Positions 49,718 through 59,276 of a stretch of 64,000 nucleotides of DNA are shown in pieces. Numbering within the stretch: position 1 is the stretch's first letter; each line of letters begins with the position of its first letter. Origin of the DNA: a virus. The translations under genes were made by a program, and so were the position numbers. The stretch covers positions 32,001 to 96,000 of the IMG/VR virus record IMGVR_UViG_3300030390_000715. One strand, written 5' to 3'. A model generated the notes under the pieces. That model had not been told where the DNA came from. It was given only the letters and a program-made list of their open reading frames with translations, and ran no database searches.

Positions 49718-50378
49718 TAGATGTTTTATAACAGGATGCGATGCTAATACGGAGTGGATGCTTCCTTGGTTCTTAAAGCACTATCTAAAGCATAACGACA
49801 CCCCCATAGTTTTCGCTGATTTCGGTGTTAGTGATGCTACTCGTGCATGGATAATGCAGGTGAGTGAATTTTCTGATTACATTCCAATGGAGAAACAGCG
49901 AACAAACGGTTGGTTCTTAAAGCCTGCGGCTATGCTTAACTATCGAGTGACAGAATTGTGTTGGCTTGATACTGACATTCATGTTCTTGGTGATCTATCA
50001 GGCGTGTGGAATCATGTTGGTCATAACAAGTTGGGTATGGTTCAAGATCATCCGTGGTCATTACGAAGAAAAGAAACTTGGCATAACTCTGGTGTTGTTG
50101 CGATAAAGGGTAAGCCTGAGATACTTCGAAAATGGGCTATTGAATGTCAGAAAAACGAAAGAGAAGCGGCTCTTGGTATGGGTGATCAAGAAATACTTCA
50201 TGACATGATAGGAAATGACCCACTATCACGCCTCTCATTTATCGATGATATTCCAAACATATATAATTGGTTACGTATACAACTGATAGACGGGCAAGAC
50301 AATGCTAACAAACTAGCGATGCATTGGACTGGTGCTAAAGGTAATGATCAAATTAGGAAGATAATGTATAATGAGTAA
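49698..50378 (+). CDS. GT8-like nucleotide-diphospho-sugar transferase
   Basis: WFLKP, WLDTD, NSGV, GDQE, YNW, HWTG. Confidence 0.7.
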   Translation: MKSSNFDRCFITGCDANTEWMLPWFLKHYLKHNDTPIVFADFGVSDATRAWIMQVSEFSDYIPMEKQRTNGWFLKPAAMLNYRVTELCWLDTDIHVLGDLSGVWNHVGHNKLGMVQDHPWSLRRKETWHNSGVVAIKGKPEILRKWAIECQKNEREAALGMGDQEILHDMIGNDPLSRLSFIDDIPNIYNWLRIQLIDGQDNANKLAMHWTGAKGNDQIRKIMYNE

Positions 50379-51090
50379 GAAAGTATTCCATGTTTTAGGC
50401 AATGGTGATAAAGCGAGTTACTATCTTGAGGAAAATCGAGTAGGAACAAAACTTCTCTGTAATATGCCTCCATTCGAAATGCCGCCAGATGACGTTTACG
50501 GCACATGTATGGTCGATTTTAAAATGATGATGGCACTCACAGAAGGTTCTGTTAGACTTGATCAATATATGTGGATTCTAGGCACTCGTCCTCGCGAATG
50601 GATGTATCAACGATCTGACTTTCACATGAAGTATGCAACAAACATTAAAGAGTTCTATACTCACGTGCCTAAATATGCAGGCAACGCAACCAACTTTAAT
50701 TGCGGTCACATGGCAGTTCACTATGCCGCGAGTAAAGGTGCTGAAGAGATTAACATGTATGGATTCGATACCATATTCGATTTCAATATGAGAAGCGTAA
50801 CCGATCTAGTTTTATCGAGCGATAGAACACAGCAAAACAACTATAGATTGCTAAACAACTGGAGACCTGTTTGGCGTGATATCATGCGAGAGTTTCCTAA
50901 CACTAAGTTTATTCTACACCACAACCATGACGGCTTGAAGATCCCTTTGCTTGACAATGTAGAGGTAAAGGTGTATAATGATGCACTTAGCAACCCACAA
51001 CAAAGAGAGGACAAAAGTGATATATCTGATGGTCGCGGTATGGATCAACAAGCTATCGAACCCGGTGTTTCGATCAAAAGCACGAAATAA
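50371..51090 (+). CDS. Putative sugar transferase (GNG...CN...GFD family)
   Basis: VLGNG, LCN, NCG..A, MYGFD. Confidence 0.5.
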   Translation: MSKKVFHVLGNGDKASYYLEENRVGTKLLCNMPPFEMPPDDVYGTCMVDFKMMMALTEGSVRLDQYMWILGTRPREWMYQRSDFHMKYATNIKEFYTHVPKYAGNATNFNCGHMAVHYAASKGAEEINMYGFDTIFDFNMRSVTDLVLSSDRTQQNNYRLLNNWRPVWRDIMREFPNTKFILHHNHDGLKIPLLDNVEVKVYNDALSNPQQREDKSDISDGRGMDQQAIEPGVSIKSTK

Positions 51091-51155
51091 ACTATTGCGT
51101 TTTTCTCGCGTTTGTGTTATAATGGCTATATGCTAATAAACTATGGAAATATATT

Positions 51156-51905
51156 ATGATTGAAGACAAGCTCGACACGATGGGCGAAGCTTTGGTAGCT
51201 ATCGCAAAAATTCAGGATAAATTTGAACATGTTACAGATTTTAAATTGGACTATGGCGACCTCGAATGCGAAACTCTTCCTACAGGTCGTACATACAAAA
51301 CACCAGACGGTGAGAAATACCCTTCAATAACAACTGTACTGAGTGTTAATTCTGGCGACTCTATCGCTAAATGGCGCGCTCGTGTTGGTAACGAAGAAGC
51401 TGATAAGATTTCATTTAGAGCCTCAACGCGTGGTACACTCGTCCACGAAATCATCGAAGACTATATTAACAACAAAGAAGACTACGCTAAAAAGTATATG
51501 CCTAATATCGTTGCTAATTTTCTTGATGTTAAGGATATCCTAGATAGTCGTATAGGTAAAGTTTACGCGCAAGAAGTACCTTTGTATTCTGATCATTTAG
51601 GCATAGCGGGTCGTGTTGACTGCGTGGCTGAGTTTGACGGCAAGTTGTCGATCATCGATTTCAAAACATCTACGCGCACAAAGCTCCGTAAGTATGTTTT
51701 GAATTATTTTCAGCAAGAAGCCTTCTATGCAATTGCTTGGGAAGAACGTACTAAGTTACCTATCACGCAACTGGTTACTATTATCGCTGTAGACAACGAA
51801 GCACCTCAAGTCTTTATTGAACACCGTGATGTACATGCGCCAGAGTTAATTAAAACAATAGCCAAATATAGAGAGAAGAAAGATGCCGAACAAAGAAGTT
51901 TCTGA
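51156..51905 (+). CDS. PD-(D/E)xK (Cas4/RecB-like) exonuclease
   Basis: YPSITTVL, RGT..H, AGRVDC, IIDFKT, Q..FY. Confidence 0.88.
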   Translation: MIEDKLDTMGEALVAIAKIQDKFEHVTDFKLDYGDLECETLPTGRTYKTPDGEKYPSITTVLSVNSGDSIAKWRARVGNEEADKISFRASTRGTLVHEIIEDYINNKEDYAKKYMPNIVANFLDVKDILDSRIGKVYAQEVPLYSDHLGIAGRVDCVAEFDGKLSIIDFKTSTRTKLRKYVLNYFQQEAFYAIAWEERTKLPITQLVTIIAVDNEAPQVFIEHRDVHAPELIKTIAKYREKKDAEQRSF

Positions 51906-52215
51906 ATCAGCCGAGTACGAGAATTTCGTGGGTCAGACAGAAGTACCCGTAGATAATGAGCCTGCCAGTCTCGCAGAATTTGCTGGCATGGAAGATCCTA
52001 AGAAAGAATGGAAGAAAGAATGGGTCGGTATGCCCGAATTTGTACAGGAAGATAATCCTACATATAAGACTATATCAATGCACTTTCGCAACCAAGAAGA
52101 CTACGAGGAGTTCGCTAAGTTGATAGGGCAACCTCTGACTAAGAAGACAAAGAGTACATGGTATCCTAGATTAGATCGAAGCGCAAATTCGCTACTGCGA
52201 TGGGTTGAAGATTAA
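51883..52215 (+). CDS. Conserved small protein preceding DNA-modification GTs
   Basis: WVGMPEF.Q, HFR...Y..F...IGQ.LT.KTKS.WYP. Confidence 0.6.
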   Translation: MPNKEVSESAEYENFVGQTEVPVDNEPASLAEFAGMEDPKKEWKKEWVGMPEFVQEDNPTYKTISMHFRNQEDYEEFAKLIGQPLTKKTKSTWYPRLDRSANSLLRWVED

Positions 52216-53073
52216 ATGATCGAAAGAATATACATACCGACTGTTCGAAGATGCGACAATCAAATTACGTTCGAGAATCTTCCTAGAGATTTGCAGAAAC
52301 GAGTTGTGATGGTTGTTGAGTCTGGTGAGCGACACCTGTATGAATATGATTGTGAGTACCTAGAAATACCCGAAAGCATAGTAGGTACTTGGACACAGTT
52401 AGCACAGACTAGATTGTTCATTCATAAACATGCAGGAGCAATTAAGTATTGTGTAGCCGACGATGATATAAAAATTCGAAGAAGAAACGCTAAGTATTGG
52501 ACTGGTCAGTCTAACATGGAAAAGTCTAAACAAGATGCGACCTCAGAAGAAATACTTGATATGTATGAAACTGTGGATAAATGGCTCGACGAAGAGCCTA
52601 TAGGAGTTGTTGGTCTTTCTGATAGTTTGAGTCCACCTGCGACCAATGTTTATCAGGATACGAAAGGCGTGTTCTCTTATGTATTTTATGATGGTAGAAT
52701 GCTTTCAGAGATTATCGATGATCTGGACATATGCTCATTGAGAGTAGCAGAGGATCTCCTGTTTCTCTTTGAGGTACTATCTAGAGGAATAAATACTAGG
52801 CAGTCTACCGAGTGGCTGTATGATAACAAAAGCATGACTGATAAAAAACTTGCGGAATCTAGAATAGTCTGGTCAGAAATGTATAAAGATGGTGACGAAA
52901 AGCCGGTCAACTACTTTCAAGGTGAAGAGCATTATGACGCTATGAGATTCATTCAAAGCAAGTATCCCCACTGCATGAAAATTTTCGAAAAGGATGGAAA
53001 GATGAAAAACGTCAAATATTGGAAAAGAGTATACCAACCTCGGGATACATCTAACTTAATGGAGTTCTTTTAA
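52216..53073 (+). CDS. TET-associated/GREB1-like GT-A glycosyltransferase
   Basis: IYIPT.RR, R..I, DDD, ED. Confidence 0.65.
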   Translation: MIERIYIPTVRRCDNQITFENLPRDLQKRVVMVVESGERHLYEYDCEYLEIPESIVGTWTQLAQTRLFIHKHAGAIKYCVADDDIKIRRRNAKYWTGQSNMEKSKQDATSEEILDMYETVDKWLDEEPIGVVGLSDSLSPPATNVYQDTKGVFSYVFYDGRMLSEIIDDLDICSLRVAEDLLFLFEVLSRGINTRQSTEWLYDNKSMTDKKLAESRIVWSEMYKDGDEKPVNYFQGEEHYDAMRFIQSKYPHCMKIFEKDGKMKNVKYWKRVYQPRDTSNLMEFF

Positions 53074-54005
53074 TGACTGATGCACGTTACCCGATATACA
53101 TTATTTCGAAGGGTAGATCAGATTCGATGGTATCTTCAAACTCATTAGCGAGAATGAAGATACCTCACTACATATCAATAGAACCTCAAGATTGGGATGA
53201 TTATGAGAAAGCACTTGATAAATTTGGTACTCGCGATTTTGTTACTCTTCTATTACTTCCCTTTAGCAACCACGGAGATGGTCCGGGTCGCGCTAGGAAT
53301 TGGTGTTGGGATCATTCTATTACTTTGGGTGCTAAACGCCATTGGGTTCTGGACGATAATATCGCTGACTTTTATCGTCTACATAATAACCAAAGAATAC
53401 GAATAGAGAGTTCTGCATTCTTTAGACCTATGGAAGATTTTGTTGATCGCTACACTAACGTAAAGATTGCAGGTCCACAATATAGATTCTTCTGCGCCTC
53501 TAATCAATCGTATCCTGCTTATGTAAAGAACACCCGAATCTATTCATGTCTGCTTATTGAGAATGATTGTAAACACAGATGGCGTGGTCGTTACAACGAA
53601 GATACTGATCTTAGTCTTCGAGTGATGAAAGATGGTGACTGTACGATCCAGTTCAATGCGTTCCTTCAAGGTAAAATGCCTACGCAAGCTTTGAAGGGTG
53701 GTAATACTGCTGAGTTTTATCATAAAGAAACTGGGCTAGATGAAAATGGTGTTGCTATTCAATCTGGTGAGCTTGTTAAATTCGAAGGTAAATACAATGC
53801 CGCAGGTACTGTAGCAAAGTCGCAGATGTTGGTTGACATGCACCCAGATGTAGCTACAATGGTATGGAGATATGATCGTTGGCATCACCATGTCAACTAT
53901 GATTCTTTCAAGAAGAATACGCTAAGGAAAGTTGATGGTCTTGTAGTACCGAAGGGTATCAATAATTACGGAATGAAATTAATTAATAATTATGGAGGAA
54001 AGTAG
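53073..54005 (+). CDS. TET-associated/GREB1-like glycosyltransferase (DNA base glycosylation type)
   Basis: YIISKGR, RN..WD, DDNI, RIYSC, WRGRYNEDTDL, GGN. Confidence 0.75.
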   Translation: MTDARYPIYIISKGRSDSMVSSNSLARMKIPHYISIEPQDWDDYEKALDKFGTRDFVTLLLLPFSNHGDGPGRARNWCWDHSITLGAKRHWVLDDNIADFYRLHNNQRIRIESSAFFRPMEDFVDRYTNVKIAGPQYRFFCASNQSYPAYVKNTRIYSCLLIENDCKHRWRGRYNEDTDLSLRVMKDGDCTIQFNAFLQGKMPTQALKGGNTAEFYHKETGLDENGVAIQSGELVKFEGKYNAAGTVAKSQMLVDMHPDVATMVWRYDRWHHHVNYDSFKKNTLRKVDGLVVPKGINNYGMKLINNYGGK

Positions 54006-54011
54006 AGTTAT

Positions 54012-54566
54012 ATGAATATACGAGACGCGACAAAGGCGATGCATGATAAGGTAGAGGAAACACCCTTTGCTATAAAACTGATGACCGGTAAATTGTCGAG
54101 GCAGGAATACTTCAATTATCTTAAAGTACAGCGACACATTTTCTCTGATATGGAATATCGTTGGAGCTATGACATTTTGAATGGACTGGCTCGAACGACC
54201 AAGATAGATGCCGATATTGATGAAATGTTACGAGGTGACCAACCTCTCGAAAACAATAATTTTGATGCTACACTCATGCTTGAGATATGCGAATATAGCC
54301 GCTTCATGGGCAGATGCCGTGATCCAGTAACAAAACTTTATACAAAAGACTATGAGATCGCGAACATATATCTAAACTATATGGGTTTAATGTTCGGTGG
54401 TGGTATTGCGGCGAAGCTAGGATACACCACTGAAGGTAACATTTATAACTTCGAGAGCCGAAATGAATTGATAAGATACATTCGTAGCTTAGACGTAAAC
54501 GCTGATATTGTTAATGAAGCTTTTCAATACCATATAAACATTTTTGAGGCTTTGGATAACCAATGA
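54012..54566 (+). CDS. Heme oxygenase
   Basis: TKAMH..VE proximal His, L.R...I..D, Y..YMG..FGG distal helix, EA/F. Confidence 0.8.
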   Translation: MNIRDATKAMHDKVEETPFAIKLMTGKLSRQEYFNYLKVQRHIFSDMEYRWSYDILNGLARTTKIDADIDEMLRGDQPLENNNFDATLMLEICEYSRFMGRCRDPVTKLYTKDYEIANIYLNYMGLMFGGGIAAKLGYTTEGNIYNFESRNELIRYIRSLDVNADIVNEAFQYHINIFEALDNQ

Positions 54567-55249
54567 GTGTACTCTGGAACAAACTGCACGAATTTTCACA
54601 TTCACTTGAGACCATCATTCATGACGGCTTAGGTGATTGTGACGAGTTTACAGCGACTTACGATAACACCGTTGTTGAGAATGGCATTCATAAAAATGTT
54701 ATGTTTCAGAGCGAGAAGTTGGATTTAGGTCATATCTCTATTATTGATATGCGAGAGAAGCGCGGTATGTGGATGATGCACTTCGCATGTTTCGCTGACG
54801 GTGATTATCCTATGCCTATATTCGGCTTTGATATTATTTGTGGAAAGAACAAGGTCACTGGTTGTTTTCATGATGTATCACCTGTTGGAGTTAAGAGTCA
54901 AGCAGAACAGGATTTTCGCGAGAACGTGAAAGAGTATGTTCCGGAAAGGACTAGAGAGTTGCCTCCTTGGGCAAAAGAAATCTTCTCTGACAGTATGCTC
55001 GTTCAAGGTGTCACTAAGAATGAAGATGACATAGACAATCTAACAAGAATAGGATTAGCCAATCTAACGTCTTGGATAAGTGAGTTGTCAAGTAGAGATG
55101 AAATGCAAAATTGCATGACCTATCGAAATGCCTTATCGAAGTATTGTTATAATCAGCTTCAGAATACTAACTCAAAGAATGTAATGATATCATTAGGATT
55201 AGAAGAAAGTTATGTCGATAAATTTAAACGTGTCCAGTTCCCCTATTAA
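54563..55249 (+). CDS. Ferredoxin-dependent bilin reductase (PcyX/PcyA-like)
   Basis: WMMH, PIFGFD, G.FHD.SP, RELPPWA..IFS, YC..Q..N. Confidence 0.8.
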   Translation: MSVLWNKLHEFSHSLETIIHDGLGDCDEFTATYDNTVVENGIHKNVMFQSEKLDLGHISIIDMREKRGMWMMHFACFADGDYPMPIFGFDIICGKNKVTGCFHDVSPVGVKSQAEQDFRENVKEYVPERTRELPPWAKEIFSDSMLVQGVTKNEDDIDNLTRIGLANLTSWISELSSRDEMQNCMTYRNALSKYCYNQLQNTNSKNVMISLGLEESYVDKFKRVQFPY

Positions 55250-55637
55250 AAAAGCTCTATGGTATATCACAGGAATGGCTAGTCTAGTACTAGCCTATAT
55301 CGGCTTTATCACTCCTGGTATTCCATTCTCTTGCTTCCTAGTATTCTCTGCATATTGCTTCAGTAAGTCTTCGAAGAAAATGCACGACTGGCTATACAAT
55401 CACAGGTGGTTCGGTCCCTTTCTCACAAACTGGACGGAATATAAAATATTTCCCACACCCATGAAATACTCGATGGTCATTGTCATGTCTTCGAGTGTAA
55501 TCATTCTCTGGCTCACTACTGAGAGTTTAAAAGCTGTACTCTGGAGTGGTGGTTTTATGTTTCTTGTCGCTTGTTGGGCATGGACATATCCAGGATCAAA
55601 AAAGGAATGGGACAAAAGAAATTCAAAAAAAGCTTGA
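55212..55637 (+). CDS. YbaN (DUF454) membrane protein
   Basis: G..TPG.P...F...AYCFSKSS...H.WL..H..FGP. Confidence 0.85.
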   Translation: MSINLNVSSSPIKKALWYITGMASLVLAYIGFITPGIPFSCFLVFSAYCFSKSSKKMHDWLYNHRWFGPFLTNWTEYKIFPTPMKYSMVIVMSSSVIILWLTTESLKAVLWSGGFMFLVACWAWTYPGSKKEWDKRNSKKA

Positions 55638-55680
55638 CAATATCTCCCAGTGTGTTGTATAATAGTACTTCATTGATTAG
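55634..55680 (+). promoter_or_regulatory. Early promoter
   Basis: AAAAAGC-TTGACA-18-TATAAT-AGTACTTTCATT. Confidence 0.75.
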
Positions 55681-55692
55681 AGAGATAAGATT

Positions 55693-56208
55693 ATGAAACG
55701 ACAACTAACTAACGCAGAAGCCGTTACTAAATTCCGTAGTGCTAAGGTGATGGGTGACTTTAATACAGAACTGGCACTAGCGAATGATAACTCACGTATT
55801 ACGAAAAGAGAGTTAGACGAAATCATATGTCAGTTTCAGGATTCAGGCGTAGCTGATTGGTCCGATAGTATGCTTGCGTCAAAGCTCGAAACATTCCAGA
55901 AGCGGACGCTCGATTATGCCACTGACATGCGCACACTTAAAGTTTTGGAAAAGAAACGTGACGAGATTTTATGGGGTCTTTAAAAGCTTGACAGGGAGAG
56001 TGATATGACGATAAAAAGAGAAGATTTTGAAATATTTGACCAATCTTACATGATGTACGCAGAAGGTTGTCAATATGATAAACCTACTGAGGTTGATGTA
56101 TCACTGGCCGTGTCCCATGCTTACTATTATGCATACAATATAGAGATATTTTTTGATAGTCTTCAGAAATTCTGGCGATGGACTTGTGACATTAAGAGAT
56201 CCAATTGA
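55693..56208 (+). other. Two hypothetical early genes
   Basis: 55693-55983 and 56005-56208. Confidence 0.55.
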
Positions 56209-56223
56209 AAAGAGAGATACAAA

Positions 56224-56682
56224 ATGACAAACTTAGAACAGCTAAAAAACGAGAAACAATTTACGGATATAGAAATATTAGATTTTGCTAAGAAAAATCT
56301 CAGGTTTACTACCGATGGTTCTGGAAAGACTCAACTGCATGTGCTATGTGATGTTAATACTGTTGACGGTAATGCTGTTCTTGTCGGCGGTAATGTTGGT
56401 AGTGTTGACGGTAATGTTGGTAGTGTTGACGGTAATGTTGATGTTGTTCGCGGTGATGTTGATATTGTCGGCGGTAATGTTGATCTTGTATTCGGCTGGG
56501 GGGGTGATGTTCGCGGTAATGTTCGCAAGGTTGGCGGTGATGTTGAAGATGTTGTCGGTAGTGTTGATACTGTTAGCGGCAATGTTCGCAAGGTTTACGG
56601 TGTTGTTGAAGATGTTGTCAGTAATTCTTATGCTGTTAGCGGTGGTGTTGTTCTTGTCGGCGGTGTTCCTTATGATAGTTAA
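56224..56682 (+). CDS. Gly/Val/Asn/Asp heptad-repeat (beta-solenoid-like) protein
   Basis: About 15 degenerate 21-bp units (VxGNVxx); paralog of 15890-16141. Confidence 0.7.
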   Translation: MTNLEQLKNEKQFTDIEILDFAKKNLRFTTDGSGKTQLHVLCDVNTVDGNAVLVGGNVGSVDGNVGSVDGNVDVVRGDVDIVGGNVDLVFGWGGDVRGNVRKVGGDVEDVVGSVDTVSGNVRKVYGVVEDVVSNSYAVSGGVVLVGGVPYDS

Positions 56683-56968
56683 ATATCGAAAAAAACCAGT
56701 AACAATCGAGGCGATGCTATATATCTATCCCGCCTGTGATATATTAAAAGTATGGCTAGGCAATTCTTGTGGCACAGAATCGTTGCCGCGAGTTGGAGCG
56801 AAAGGTGAGCTTGAGATAGTTACTTTAGAAGACGGCTTTGACGCTAGAGTCTGTCACGTTGCTACTGAGGGCGATTACATCATTAAGGGTGTTCAAGGGG
56901 AATTTTATTCCTGCAAACCCGATATTTTTGATATGACTTATGAACTGGAATATTTGGTATCAAATTGA
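56672..56968 (+). CDS. Conserved phage protein (YRKKPV...TLE...GDYIIKGVQGEFY family)
   Basis: True start MIVKYRKKP; the upstream extension is a repeat artefact. Confidence 0.8.
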   Translation: MIVKYRKKPVTIEAMLYIYPACDILKVWLGNSCGTESLPRVGAKGELEIVTLEDGFDARVCHVATEGDYIIKGVQGEFYSCKPDIFDMTYELEYLVSN

Positions 56969-56987
56969 CTAGGCAGGGAGAGCATGA

Positions 56988-58915
56988 ATGAACCACAAAG
57001 AGCGTAGCTATCTAATCAAACAGGTTATTGACGCGGCAAAGTCTCATGCAAAGTGTGGAAACCTACACCACAAAAAATCCCATCAGCATTTAGATGGATG
57101 GATCTGTCCGGCTGAGACCGAGCTAGAAGCGGCTATTTATAAAGTGGAACTAATGTTACAGAAGGGAGAGCATAAAAGTAATGAGCATTTATAAGGTAAA
57201 ACTTACATATAGGTATTTTGATGTTGTTGATTTTTATGTTTTTGATGTTGTTGAGGTTGAAGCCGATAATGAGAAAGATGCGCTAAAAAAAGCGACTGAG
57301 CTTTTAGATGACGCGGATTACGAGAGTCTTGAAGATAGCAAAATACTTGAAGTCAACAACTAGGAGAAAGTCATGAGTAATACTAATACACCACAAGAAT
57401 TCATGGCCGCTTACGATATAAACAATAGTGACGGGTCTGCTACCCTTAATTTAATGAAGGCAGCTTTACTTCCAAGCTGGCGCGAAACCTTTAAAAAATT
57501 AGAAGCATCTAGCCAGTTAGAAAACAAAAAACGCCGAGTCAGAGCGGCAACAACAGGAGAAAGTTATGATACTAATTCTAAGTCCGAAAGATAGTCTGTC
57601 TAAGTTGACGCTAGAGAACGTCGAGTCTTTTGCTCAAGAGGGTAATACGCTTTTAGTAGTGTTTGAAGACGGTCGGGCACGAAACTATCCTCTCGTACAT
57701 TTGTGGTATTACCAAAGCACCACCAAGCTACTAGGAGAAAGTGGTGAAAATAACAGATGACGAAACTTTGCAGGAATTTATCAGCAATCATTTAGACGTA
57801 CAAGATTTTGGTTTTTTAGTTATAGCCAATGATGACTCGTTAAACCATCAGGCTTTAAGCCTTATACGTAGCAAGCTAAAAGCGTTCCTTGAAGGAGAAA
57901 ATGATGAAAGATAAAAAACTTATAAAAGCGGCAAAGAAGTTAGAGGATGCGGCACAAGAGTATAGGTACTTGCATCAGAAAGGGAGTGAAAGGGACGCTC
58001 TTATCTGGATACAAAACAACACAACTGGCGAGGGTGTTTTTATAGCTGACAATTTAAACATGGAACTTATAAAGGCAAGGTATTGTTAATCAACAACTAG
58101 GAGAAAGTGATGGAAATTGATTTGATTGAACTGATTTTCTGGACGATATGCGTATCTGTAGTGGTAATGTGTATTGTGGAAATGATTAATAGCCCTAACA
58201 ACCCTAATGGGTATAAACATGATGATGCGCTACGCAAGTTATGCGGGGCTAACGTCCGTATAAGCTATGGTTTCAGATTTGTTACTTACGAAAGTTTGTG
58301 CGGTAAAAATAGAGTCGATTTTCCACTAGATAAAGACCTATTACGCCATATGAATAAAGACCTATTAGACTGTATGGAAACGATGCCCTGCTGTCCTTCA
58401 AAAGAATTTTCTCCACTTTATATAGAGTGGCAAGGAGAGAGATTTGTGTATGTGGGTTATTACGATGTGAATAATTTAGGTAGGGGTTCTGGAGATAAGG
58501 TAGTTGGAGAAAGGTATGGCAAACATTTTGGAGAGTATGGATATATGTCAGGAGAAAGTGATGAATAAGGAAAACAGCATAAAAAATGAATGGGACAGAC
58601 TCAAAAAAGAACACCCCGCGATTGTATCTGACGATGAAATGCAAGAAGCGCACGACTGCATTGAGCAACAAGCGCACGACTGCATTGAGCAACAAGTCAT
58701 TGATTACTGTAACCAGACTAATGTTAGCGATGGCAGTACGGCAAGCTACTATGAATAAATTAATAATAGCTAAAATATTTTTGGGGTTAGCTTTAGGGCT
58801 TGTGGTAGCTGGTGTTACATTTCCTGATTTTGGGTTGGTAGAGCTTATTGTTTTTAGTGCATTTACTCTGGGGCAATTTGCTGTATACCTAAAACTGAAA
58901 AGGTGGAAACGATGA
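56988..58915 (+). other. Array of about eight small cassette genes
   Basis: ORFs at 56988, 57181, 57373, 57566, 57901, 58107, 58561 and 58751, most joined by GGAGAAAGT-type junctions. Confidence 0.6.
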
Positions 58916-58960
58916 TAATGGATGATGATTTTGGCTGGCGATAACAGCAGGAGAAAAGTG

Positions 58961-59203
58961 ATGGATAAATGCAAAAAATGCCCTGATGGAGAGATGGTGC
59001 TCAAAATAGAAGATTACGAATTTCAGCATGAGGGAAAGCCGTTAGTGGTGCCGAGTCCTTACCATGAGTGTAATTCGTGTGGCTTCGACATGGTTTCTTA
59101 TGAGCTATCGGTACTGAACGATGCACTAGTCCATCACGCCAAAAACAAATCGTCTAACAGAACACCATTCTCAAACTGCATTGGAGATAAAAAATGGATA
59201 TAA
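58961..59203 (+). CDS. Stand-alone MqsA/YgiT-type Zn-binding antitoxin domain (no HTH)
   Basis: CxxC..GEMV...D.....G....V......CxxC pattern of the MqsA N-domain. Confidence 0.7.
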   Translation: MDKCKKCPDGEMVLKIEDYEFQHEGKPLVVPSPYHECNSCGFDMVSYELSVLNDALVHHAKNKSSNRTPFSNCIGDKKWI

Positions 59204-59215
59204 TAGCGAAAAATC

Positions 59216-59243
59216 TTGACATCCCTTGTGACCTTGATATACT
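59216..59243 (+). promoter_or_regulatory. sigma70 promoter facing a terminator
   Basis: TTGACA-16-TATACT. Confidence 0.7.
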
Positions 59244-59276
59244 AGAGACTGCACCATAAAACGATCACTCACAACC

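Noticed and set aside
51156-51905. Cas4-like nuclease as part of a CRISPR system
   Set aside because: Stand-alone exonuclease common in T4-like phages; no Fe-S Cys set, no array, no other cas genes
56285-56671. Long hydrophobic N-terminal extension of ORF 56285-56968 and antisense ORF 56331-56591
   Set aside because: Alternate-frame read-through of the stop-free 21-bp repeat; the recognisable protein starts at 56672
58282-59004. Minus-strand 240-aa ORF and other antisense ORFs in the track
   Set aside because: They shadow well-supported + strand genes with RBSs; only the lysozyme has a recognisable minus-strand product
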